From: Opitutia bacterium
GTDB lineage: Bacteria; Verrucomicrobiota; Verrucomicrobiia; Opitutales; T3Sed10-336
DNA: 29,330 nucleotides
Assembly: GCA_050506795.1 (NCBI GenBank)
Contig: JBJHCF010000014.1
Span: 68,445-97,774, forward strand
Direction of reading: 5' to 3'
Position numbers and translations under genes: made by a program. How positions within the stretch are numbered: the stretch's first letter is position 1; each line of letters starts with the position of its first letter. Below the pieces are notes generated by a model. That model worked only from the letters and a program-made list of their open reading frames with translations, was not told the origin of the DNA and did not search any database. This document shows positions 19,260 to 27,390 of the stretch, one piece after another.

Positions 19260-19295
19260 TAGAACCCGTTCAGCTGACGCTCATGGGGATAAGGC

Positions 19296-19397
19296 GAATG
19301 CTACTCGGTAAGGCCCTCGCTCGTAGTATCGACGCTTCCATGCTCAACGAGCTCGTCGAAGTTCGATGACCCCGAACCAGGAAGCGTTCTTCAACCA
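19296..19397 (+). repeat. Dispersed direct repeat, copy B (3' exon side of the intron remnant)
   Basis: gaatgctactcggtaaggccctcgctcgtagtat...gatgaccccgaaccaggaagcgttcttcaacca; similarity to copy A ends exactly at the intron boundary. Confidence 0.85.
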
Positions 19398-19846
19398 GTA
19401 GAGTGGAGAGTGACGGGCGGCTGTCGCAGAGCGGTGCCTTTCCCGTCACTCCCCCTCGTCGAACCGGACGTGCGGTTTTCCCGCATCCGGCTCTCCTGCA
19501 AGCATTTCGTCATGGGCGTGTCAGTCCCAGTTTCTGGAGGTACTGATAATGTCTCATTCCCGGTGGTCGGGAGTATTTGCGTTGGCTGCGCCGGTTCAGA
19601 TGCGTGATCATTCTTTGGCGGGTGCAGTGGCCGAGGTCGCGGAACGTTTTTCGCGGATTGCCGAAGTTGAAGTACCCACACCACCCTCGCAGGAAGGTGT
19701 TCAGATCCTCCACGATCATCGGACTGGGCTTGTAACACATGCGCGGTCCAGTTTTCTCTCGGATCGCTTCACGTGCCTTGCCCAGGGACTTCTTTGAGGG
19801 GATCACATTCAGGTATTTTCGGTTACGACCGTCCAAGTCACGGTCG
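19398..19846 (-). mobile_element. 5'-truncated group II intron: maturase X-domain remnant (stop at 19510), domain V (19461-19493) and domain VI
   Basis: Minus strand GAGCCGGATGCGGGAAAACCGCACGTCCGGTTC (DV, AGC triad), then a GAGTGACGGG...CCCGTCACTC stem ending CCACTCTAC. Peptide PSKKS...LNTFLRGWCGYF...LGL. No YADD and no endonuclease domain. Confidence 0.93.
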
Positions 19847-19912
19847 ACAGGGCAGAACCCGCAGCAGTGGTATCGGTTGTTCTTGGCGCAATTTCGAAAG
19901 GTTTTTGCCAAG

Positions 19913-19977
19913 TGGCGCAAATTCGAAAATCATTTCCGCATTTTGGGGTAGTGCCGGGATCGATATTTCGGCACCAT
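19913..19977 (+). promoter_or_regulatory. Conserved activator site + promoter, copy 4 (extra half-site at 19884)
   Basis: TGGCGCAAATTC-GAAAATCAT-TTCCGCATTTTG-GGG-TAGTGC-17bp-CACCAT. Confidence 0.8.
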
Positions 19978-20031
19978 CAGGTATTCGCAAAAAGTTGAAT
20001 GATATTAACCCAAAAGATGAACCCAATAAAA

Positions 20032-20916
20032 ATGAAAACCTCCAAACTCACATCGTGCGCAGCGCTCGGCTCAGTCGCAGCCTTGCTGTTCTCGGCAGCC
20101 AATACCAACGCGGCCCTTATCGCCTACGAGGGCTTCGACTATGCCGGAGGTCAAAGTTTAACGGCTGTAACCGAGAACGGAGGCACCGGCTGGGCTGCTG
20201 CTTGGGAACAAGGGGTCACCGGTGTTCCTGGAATCCCAGTCAGCGGCACCGGCATGAGTCTGAATTTCTCCCAGTCTCCGGTCTTGATAAACGATGGGTC
20301 CAGTCACATTTTTGCAACGGGCAACACGGCAAATAAAAGAGACTTGGCGACCGGCGTAAATATGGGGTCCTCCACATTGTATGCAACGATGCTCATTCGA
20401 TCGTTTATCGATGATGATCAGTCTGGAGGCGGATCGCTGATGCGTCTGGAGTTCTTTGATGGTGCCGGGGCCACGGGGAACATGCGGGGAAATGTGGGAA
20501 TCGATAATGGCGCGCTCTTTGTTTCCGCTGCCAGCGGTGGTTTTTCTCCAGCAAGCGGCGATAGTTTGAGTGATGCCTTCCAGGACGAAACAACCTACCT
20601 GCTCGCGATGAAACGCACCGGCTCGGGCATTTCCGCCTCATTGATCGAGGCCGATGGCGACCTTTCGACCCTTGAACCGGAGCCAACTTCCTGGCAGGTT
20701 AACCACGACGGACTTACCGGGGTAACTTTCAACTCCTTGAGACTTATTATGAACGGAACGGACACGGGCCTGCGTGCGGATGAGTTGCGTGTGGCGACCA
20801 GCTGGGACGATGCGGTGGCGGGAATGGCTATTCCGGAGCCAGGCACGTACGCCGTCATGATGTCTCTACTCTGCGGTGGTTTGGTATTCTATCGCCGTCG
20901 AATGTCACGCAGATAG
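20032..20916 (+). CDS. PEP-CTERM sorting domain protein (start may be 20017)
   Basis: Signal peptide ending TNA; C-terminal IPEPGTYAVMMSLLCGGLVFYRRRMSRR. Confidence 0.92.
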   Translation: MKTSKLTSCAALGSVAALLFSAANTNAALIAYEGFDYAGGQSLTAVTENGGTGWAAAWEQGVTGVPGIPVSGTGMSLNFSQSPVLINDGSSHIFATGNTANKRDLATGVNMGSSTLYATMLIRSFIDDDQSGGGSLMRLEFFDGAGATGNMRGNVGIDNGALFVSAASGGFSPASGDSLSDAFQDETTYLLAMKRTGSGISASLIEADGDLSTLEPEPTSWQVNHDGLTGVTFNSLRLIMNGTDTGLRADELRVATSWDDAVAGMAIPEPGTYAVMMSLLCGGLVFYRRRMSRR

Positions 20917-20954
20917 TGCTTCAGTTAATTTCTTCGGAAATTCGTTCAAAATTT

Positions 20955-21000
20955 GGCCCGGTCTCTTAGCTGTCGCGCAAGGAGCACCGGGCCTTTTTCT
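20955..21000 (+). terminator. Probable intrinsic terminator after the PEP-CTERM gene
   Basis: GGCCCGGT...ACCGGGCC stem followed by TTTTTCT. Confidence 0.7.
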
Positions 21001-21160
21001 GATTCGAGACGGTTATCAAATAGCCGCCTATTTCAACTTTTGATTGCACCAGCAAGGAGGAGAGCGCCCTCCATTTCGGTGCACGAAAAGTTATTCTTTG
21101 CCCGGACCGGGGAAAGAAGCAGGCAGATTGAAAATGAGATTCTGAAAGAGCTTGATCTTT

Positions 21161-22642
21161 ATGAAAGGAAATACGTGGAAACCAGGAAAACAATTGTTTC
21201 ACCGGAAACTTCTTATGACCGGTTTACTGGCAGGCGGCACGTTGCTCGGTGGTTTGAGTAATAGTGAAGCAAGCAACGGGGAAAGGCCGAACATCCTGTT
21301 CATCCTGGTGGATGACCAGCGGAACGACACGCTCGGTTGTGCGGGACACCCGGTGATCCAGACGCCTCATATCGACAGACTGGCGCGCGATGGGGTGCGT
21401 TTCGAAAACGCCTTTGTCACCACCTCTATTTGTATGGCCAGCCGCGCGACCATTCTGACCGGTCTGACCGAGACCGGTCACGGTTACACCGGTGGTCAGC
21501 TCCCCGCGACGCCTTTGTTGAAGGAGGACATCGATACTTCTTTTCCCATCAAACTCCGGGACGTTGGGTATCGAACCGGTTTCTTTGGCAAGGTGCACCT
21601 CAGATTCCAGGAGGCGAAACAGGCTGAGATCGACCGTCTTTTTCACGAATTCGAGGAGATCAACCTCAACCCCTACTTCAAGGAGTTGCCCGACGGCACC
21701 CTGCGGCATGAGGCGGACTTAATCGGGGACTATTCGGTCGAGTTTCTCGAAGACCAGCCGAAGGAGCTGCCGTTCTTTCTCTACATGAGTTTCAATATCG
21801 CCCACGCCGAGGACAGCGACCACCGGCCCGGGATCGGCCACTTCCCCTGGCCCCCTTCGGCCGATGGATTGTATGAGGATATCGATCCGGCTCCGCCGCG
21901 TCTGGGCGACGAGCGTTATTTCGACGTTCACCCCGATTTCCTGAAAAACTCGCTCAACCGTGAGCGCTGGTACTGGCGCTGGGATACTCCGGAAAAATAC
22001 AGGCTCAATATGCGCGCTTATTACCGGATGCTGACCGGGATGGACAACGTGGTGGCCCGCGTGCACCGGAAGTTGGAGGACTTGGGGCTGGCCGACAACA
22101 CCGTGGTGATCTACAGCGCCGACAACGGGTTCTACATGGGCGATCGCGGATTTGCCGGCAAATGGAGCTACTACGAGGAGTCCTTGCGGGTGCCGCTGAT
22201 CGTTTACGATCCGCGTCTGCCCGAGGAACAACGCGGCCGGGTTGTCGATCCCCTGGCTTTGAATCTCGATTTTCCGTCGACGATCCTTGAACTCGCGGGC
22301 ACCGAGGTCCCCGAAAAGTACCAGGGCCGCAGCCTTTTGCCCATCATTCAAGGGGAGACGCCGGTCGACTGGCGGACCGACTTCTTCTGCGAGCACCGTT
22401 ACAATCACGAACAGTTGCCGAAGTGGCGCGGCGTGCGCGGGGAGCGCTTCACCTATGCGCACTATTATGAAGAGGACTACGAGTTCCTTTTCGACCTGAA
22501 GCGCGATCCCACGCAGTTCCAGAACCTGGCAAAGTATCCGAACCACCGATCCACGCTCGAGCAACTCCGGGCTCGGGCCAAAGAGTTTGAGGAGAAGTAC
22601 ACCCGCCCGGAGGTCGTGTCTTTCAAGGAAGTTCTTCAATAA
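21161..22642 (+). CDS. Sulfatase (S1 family, CxAxR variant)
   Basis: RPNILFILVDDQR, SICMASRATILTG, NTVVIYSADNG, GKWSYYEESLRVPLIV and FLFDLKRDP.Q..NLA. Confidence 0.93.
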   Translation: MKGNTWKPGKQLFHRKLLMTGLLAGGTLLGGLSNSEASNGERPNILFILVDDQRNDTLGCAGHPVIQTPHIDRLARDGVRFENAFVTTSICMASRATILTGLTETGHGYTGGQLPATPLLKEDIDTSFPIKLRDVGYRTGFFGKVHLRFQEAKQAEIDRLFHEFEEINLNPYFKELPDGTLRHEADLIGDYSVEFLEDQPKELPFFLYMSFNIAHAEDSDHRPGIGHFPWPPSADGLYEDIDPAPPRLGDERYFDVHPDFLKNSLNRERWYWRWDTPEKYRLNMRAYYRMLTGMDNVVARVHRKLEDLGLADNTVVIYSADNGFYMGDRGFAGKWSYYEESLRVPLIVYDPRLPEEQRGRVVDPLALNLDFPSTILELAGTEVPEKYQGRSLLPIIQGETPVDWRTDFFCEHRYNHEQLPKWRGVRGERFTYAHYYEEDYEFLFDLKRDPTQFQNLAKYPNHRSTLEQLRARAKEFEEKYTRPEVVSFKEVLQ

Positions 22643-22711
22643 CGGGAGAAAACCGGAATGATGAAAAAGGGTCCTTTGGAAGAATTCATGAGGCACTTCT
22701 TGCACTTAAGA

Positions 22712-23404
22712 TTACTCATTGGGTACCCCAAGTCCTTTGAGAATCTCAGGTAGAATCACGTACCGGCATGCTGTTTCGTCCGGGTGAACACCGTCCGGCA
22801 GATGAACAGCAAACAAATCGGGATGCTCGGCACGCCATTGATTCCAGGCGGCGTTGATATCGATTGAACGGATGTTCCAGGCTGCGGCCACTTCACGCAC
22901 CATCTGATAATATGCCGGGAGATTCCCACGGTAATAAGGGTGACTTTCCGGCCGTTCAGATGCTTCGCCTCCAACGGGATTCATAGTCAGCAGGATAATT
23001 TCAATATTCGGATTGTTTCGCTGCAGCTCAACGATCATGGCCACAAGATTTTCGCGTGCTTTCTTAACGGAAATATTCCGACTTGCAATTGCGTCATTCA
23101 TGGAAAATTCAATCGTCACCACATCCGGATTGAAAGACAGTACCCGATCAGCGATATTCTTAAGCCCCCACTCCGAATCCCTCCCGCCCGATGCCCGGCT
23201 CTGTGCTTTGATTAGATCTCCATAACGGGACCTCAGCACCTCGGTCGTTTGATCAGTCCACTCTCCGCTCGAAAGACTGGTTCCGTAATAGATCAATTCT
23301 TGCGGGTTGCCGGCTTCCAGGTTTTGAATCAATCGGGAGGGCATTTCGGCTGTCGCCAACGATCCCAAAGCAGCCGCAAATAAACTGAATAGCCAAATCT
23401 TCAT
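22712..23404 (-). CDS. SGNH/GDSL hydrolase (putative esterase)
   Basis: Signal peptide MKIWLFSLFAAALGSLATA; blocks YGTSLS, ASGG, IEFSMND and DGVHP. Confidence 0.88.
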   Translation of the reverse strand: MKIWLFSLFAAALGSLATAEMPSRLIQNLEAGNPQELIYYGTSLSSGEWTDQTTEVLRSRYGDLIKAQSRASGGRDSEWGLKNIADRVLSFNPDVVTIEFSMNDAIASRNISVKKARENLVAMIVELQRNNPNIEIILLTMNPVGGEASERPESHPYYRGNLPAYYQMVREVAAAWNIRSIDINAAWNQWRAEHPDLFAVHLPDGVHPDETACRYVILPEILKGLGVPNE

Positions 23405-23514
23405 TTTGCCCAATTTTTTGTTTTCTCTTCAAAATTCTCCCGCCTTCTTGTCATGATATTTCCTCTTTTAGTCCCTTAATTCTGAAATCTTGCGCAAATC
23501 GCGCAAAATTTTTT

Positions 23515-23578
23515 GGAAGGCAACGCTCCGCCGTTGCCGCCGGATCGGCGAATCGGCAACGGCGGAGCGTTGCCCTCC
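23515..23578. repeat. REP-like inverted repeat, 25-bp arms with 1 mismatch and a 14-nt loop
   Basis: GGAAGGCAACGCTCCGCCGTTGCCG ... CGGCAACGGCGGAGCGTTGCCCTCC. Confidence 0.88.
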
Positions 23579-23669
23579 ACGTAACTCCTTATTGGCACCG
23601 GCTTCGCCGGGTTGGGAGTCTGTCGGCGAAGCCCGACAGAGTCATAGCCTCGGCGGGTTCGTTGGGATG

Positions 23670-26600
23670 TCATGGTGCCACGCCGATCCGTTTTGTTTCG
23701 CTTTCGAAAGTGGAGCTGTCCGGGAGTTGGCCGCTGGCGCGGAATTCGAGGAAGTCAACGCCGTTGGGCACGGGGATGGTGAATTCGAAGGGATAATCCT
23801 CATCGGTCAGGCGGCCGGAATTGTCTCCGGCGGACCATTCGACCGTGAAGTTCCTGAGATCCTGCTGGTAGCCGGCATTCCAGATGAAGGCGCTCCAGTC
23901 ACCGGGCGCGGCCTGGATGGCGGCGGCGGAGGTTTTTGGGGCGCCTTCGGTTTGGACTTCGACGAAGCCCGGCGCGCTGGGTTCACCGGGATCGGAAAAA
24001 CGTTGATGGGTGGGCACTGAAATGGAGAGCCCGTCGATCCGGAGAACCACAAGCCCGCGCGGTTCGATCGTCAATGAGGCGGTGTTGTCGCTGAGGGGCA
24101 ATTCGGCGTTGTTGTCGCCGACAAGCCGCGCACGGGTGAAGTTGCCCGCCTGCGGCGAAATCGCCTCGGGATGCATGCGAACGCCGACGGTTTCGGACTC
24201 ACGGTTCTGGTTCATCAGAATGACGTAGAAGCTGTCCCCGTCATGGGCGGTGAGGTGGTTGATTTGCGGATTGTCCAGTTTCACCAGTCCCCGCCGCAAC
24301 CAGAGCCAGACATTGTCGTCGCCGAAAACATGGCCGGGGGCATGGCCGTACACGAGGTTGTCGAAGTAGGCGTAGTTGACCTGGCGCAGCCCGGGGAAGT
24401 CGACGGCGCCCTCGGAGAGAAGGAAGGCGTCGCTGACGAGGTAGTCGATATTCCAGGCGAGGTGCGTGGGAATGTGGTGGTAGTAGATGAAGCCGAAATC
24501 CGGACCCTCGTAGGGGAAGCTTGGATTTTGGGCGAGGTCGGTGAAGGTGGTGTAGTAGTAGCCGGGGTAATTGCTCCAGCGGCCGACGGTGGCGTTGCGC
24601 GCGTAGGCGGCGAACTGTTCGTCGCCGGTGTGGTGCGCCAGCCGCAGGAACCAGGGCGCCCAGTTGGCCATCGTGATCATGCGGCCGCCGTTGTCCCGAT
24701 AGGAGTAGGTGGAGGGCTGTTCCAGACCAAGCCCGACGTTGGAGACCAGCCAGTCGGCCACCCGGGTTTCGGAGACGTCGCCGGGAGCGATGGGGAAACC
24801 GAGACGAAAGGTTTCGCCTCCCTTGTGAAGGCGCAGGTGCATTTTGTCGCCGTCGATCCGGCCGCCCGGATGAATGGTGACCTCCTCCATTGCCGGGGTC
24901 GGCTGGGTCCACATCCCGGTCATGACCTGGCGGGCGCCGAAGACGGCAGCGTCGAGGAAGCGTGGCTCGCCGGTTACTTCGTAAAGCCGAAGCAAGCCTT
25001 CCCAGTCGGGCGTATGATGTATCAGAAAGAACCCGGAAATATTCACCTCTCCGGTGGAAGGAACCTCAAGGACCTCCTCGATATAGGCGTCCGCGGTGCG
25101 GATCGCGCGGTCCAGCGCGAACCGCTCGCCGGTCAGAAGATAGCGTTCCAGCCAGTCATTGAGACTGCCCCCCTTGACTTCGTCGCCGGAGAGCGCGATC
25201 TCCCGGAAAATGGGCGTGCGCTCGTTGAGGGCCTTCCAATAGCCGCCGTAAACAGCAGTCCCGTAGCCGCCGACCGGTCCGCTCATCCGGCCTCTCATAT
25301 CGCCGCGGAAGTCGGAGGGTACCGGGGCGAAGTGAAAGGCATCGCGCGAGAGCAGGTATTCGATGGTCGGGCGGGCGCGTCGCTCGAAAACCTCACGGTC
25401 GCCGGTGAGATTATAGAGGGAAAGGGAGAGCAGGGGGGAGGATTGGGTGACCGCGTTCCTGCCTTCGATCTGGTAGAAACCTTTCCCCTCCTTCCACCAG
25501 CCGCCGTAGGTGTCGTCCATGAACAGATCGATCATGTTGAGCACCGCCTCGGTCAGGGAAACCCGGCCGCTCTTGCGGTAGTCACGCCATTGAAAGATTT
25601 CATCGGCGCCGTGCGGTAGCCGGCGTACCAGTCACCGTTTTCGGCCAAAAGGCGAAGGGTGAACTCGATCGGTTGCCGCGCCTCGGCCGCCGCGTGCCGG
25701 GTGCCGATCAGCGGTCCGTAAATGGACGACTGAACCTTGCCATTGGGGCTGCGGATCTGCAGGCCGAAACGCGAATCGATGGGAGTGGGAAACTCGAATG
25801 GCACGGATTCGGCGTCCGCCGCCAGGCCGAGCGTAATCGAGCCCTCGGGATGCCGGAGCTCCGCCAGCGAAACGGGTGTCGGGCTGCTGGCTCCAAGCAC
25901 GGTGTAGGCTTGCGTGGGAAAGCGTCGCCGGTTGACCACCGGCGGCAGGAGAAGCTCCTGCACATCGGACATGTCGAATTCACCGGGGAAGAAGTAGCCC
26001 AGCGAGTATTGGCCCGAATGGGACGGGGTGAAGCGGAGACGGATTTTAACGCTCGTTTCTCCGGAGGCGAGCTCCCAGTCCGCTTCCAGGCGACCGGTTT
26101 CGCTGGGGTGGAATTCGAGTTGAATTCTGTTTTCCGAAGCCTGGCGAACGGATTGAACAATGAATTCCTCACCGATCCCGGCGTCCCATACGACGTACGG
26201 GGAGGTTGCGGTGGACACTTCGGTGCTCACACCATCGACTTCAATGCGGTTCGTCTTGTCCGGACGGTTGCTCCAGCGGGGATGAAAGGTGTTGACCACG
26301 CCCAGCAGTTCGGTTTCCGGAAGGGCGGAGAGGACTTGGTAGGATTCCGCCGACGGATCGCCGGGGAATGCGCGCCAGGAGTCGCCGTCCCGAACCCTTA
26401 TGACGGGCGCGGCGCTGTCTTGGCCGTTGCGGGTCACCGGGTGGAAGCGCACCTGGACGTGTTCATTCTCCAGCTCTGCCAGAACCACCGTGGAATCGAG
26501 GTTGCCGGCGGACGAGACCGGAACCGAAGGGTCGGGGAGCTCGATCGGAACGGACTCGAGGGCGGGAAGACCCATCTCGTCGAGCGTCCCCTCGGGCACG

Positions 26601-27085
26601 AAATCCGGGTCCGCGCTCAGGATGATTGCGTCGGCCCGGGCGAAGTGAACGCTGTCGTTGTCGGTAATGCTCAACAGTGTCTTGCCGCTCTCAAGCTCGA
26701 AACGGTCGCCTTTCTCCCATGTCCAGCCGCTTTTGCCGCTGACACCGAACGGGGTGGAGTTCATGCGTCCTCCAATGGAAACGTTGAAATACCGGCTCCC
26801 CGGATTCTGCTCCGGAAAATCGGTGGAGCGAACCCATAGCGTGTATCGGCCCTCGCGGGGAATTTGGACCGCGGTGACCGCCGGGGTGGAAGCGCCGTCG
26901 TTTCCGGAGAAAAGAATGCGACCGCCGGAAGCTCCAGGGGCTGAGGGGAGCTCCCAGTGGCCGGTGAGTTGGAAATCCTCGCATTCCAGGCCGTGGTTTT
27001 GAGCGGGAATCGTTGTCCAGGGCGACAGAAAGAGGGTCGCGAGAAAAGCTTTGAGGGCGACGGTGCGAAAGGTCGGGAGGTACAT
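23670..27085 (-). CDS. Large secreted protein of unknown function (~1140 aa), split by a single frameshift near 25605-25610
   Basis: ORF 25553..27085 has a signal peptide and reads ...GDWYAGYRTA. The adjacent frame continues ADEIFQWRDYRKSGRVSLTEAVLNMID into ORF 23670..25544. Helical motifs such as LLRLYEVTGEPRFLDAA suggest an alpha/alpha barrel. Confidence 0.8.
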
Positions 27086-27091
27086 GTATTG

Positions 27092-27156
27092 AATTTAACA
27101 AGCATATCTTTCCGCTACTATCGAATAATACGGAAAGAGTTTTAGGATTTGCGTCA
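27092..27156 (-). promoter_or_regulatory. Conserved activator site + promoter, copy 5
   Basis: Minus strand TGACGCAAATCC-TAAAACTCT-TTCCGTATTATT-CGA-TAGTAG-17bp-TAAATT, with extended -10 TG. Confidence 0.85.
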
Positions 27157-27390
27157 CTATAAGCTGTTGAATCGCGGGCGATGGGGCGTTTCGTCAAGGG
27201 TGGCAAGTATAAGGAATTAGTGGAGGAATCTCTCCAAGCCGAAGGACGTTGGCAATAAGTTGAGATCGTATAAGAGGGGAAGTGAGGTGCATTCATACTG
27301 GTCCTCTTCTTTAAATTTTCCTGATGCGTGCTTGTCTTTCGCATTGTTTCGCGAGAGAACTGCCGTGGGGAGACATGCCGTGGAGGGTAA

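Noticed and set aside
4071..19846. Diversity-generating retroelement (near-identical repeats plus an RT-related fragment)
   Set aside because: Paralog differences are not adenine-specific and both copies are full genes; the RT-related piece is a group II maturase tail with DV/DVI.
19847..19920. First ~25 aa of ORF 19510..19920 as an intact maturase start
   Set aside because: It is read-through of promoter DNA on the opposite strand; maturase-like sequence begins only at DRDL.
20933..20944. Half-site-like TCGGAAATTC after the PEP-CTERM gene
   Set aside because: No second half-site or TAG, and it lies upstream of a terminator.
23481..23520. Sixth copy of the promoter motif on the minus strand upstream of the SGNH gene
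   Set aside because: Only one half-site resembles the motif (TTGCGCGATTTG); there is no TAG and no correctly spaced -10. At most a decayed copy cut by the REP-like repeat.
25600..25615. Programmed frameshift or phase variation
   Set aside because: No slippery heptamer or simple repeat tract at the shift point.
24171..26839. Long + strand ORFs 24171..25619 and 25673..26839 (likewise 5569..6660 and 21719..22705 on -)
   Set aside because: Antisense shadows of well-supported GC-rich genes, with no recognisable motifs.
3922..27156. CRISPR array or integron attC array
   Set aside because: The repeats are kb apart, degenerate, and placed upstream of genes in promoter geometry; no cas or integrase gene is present.
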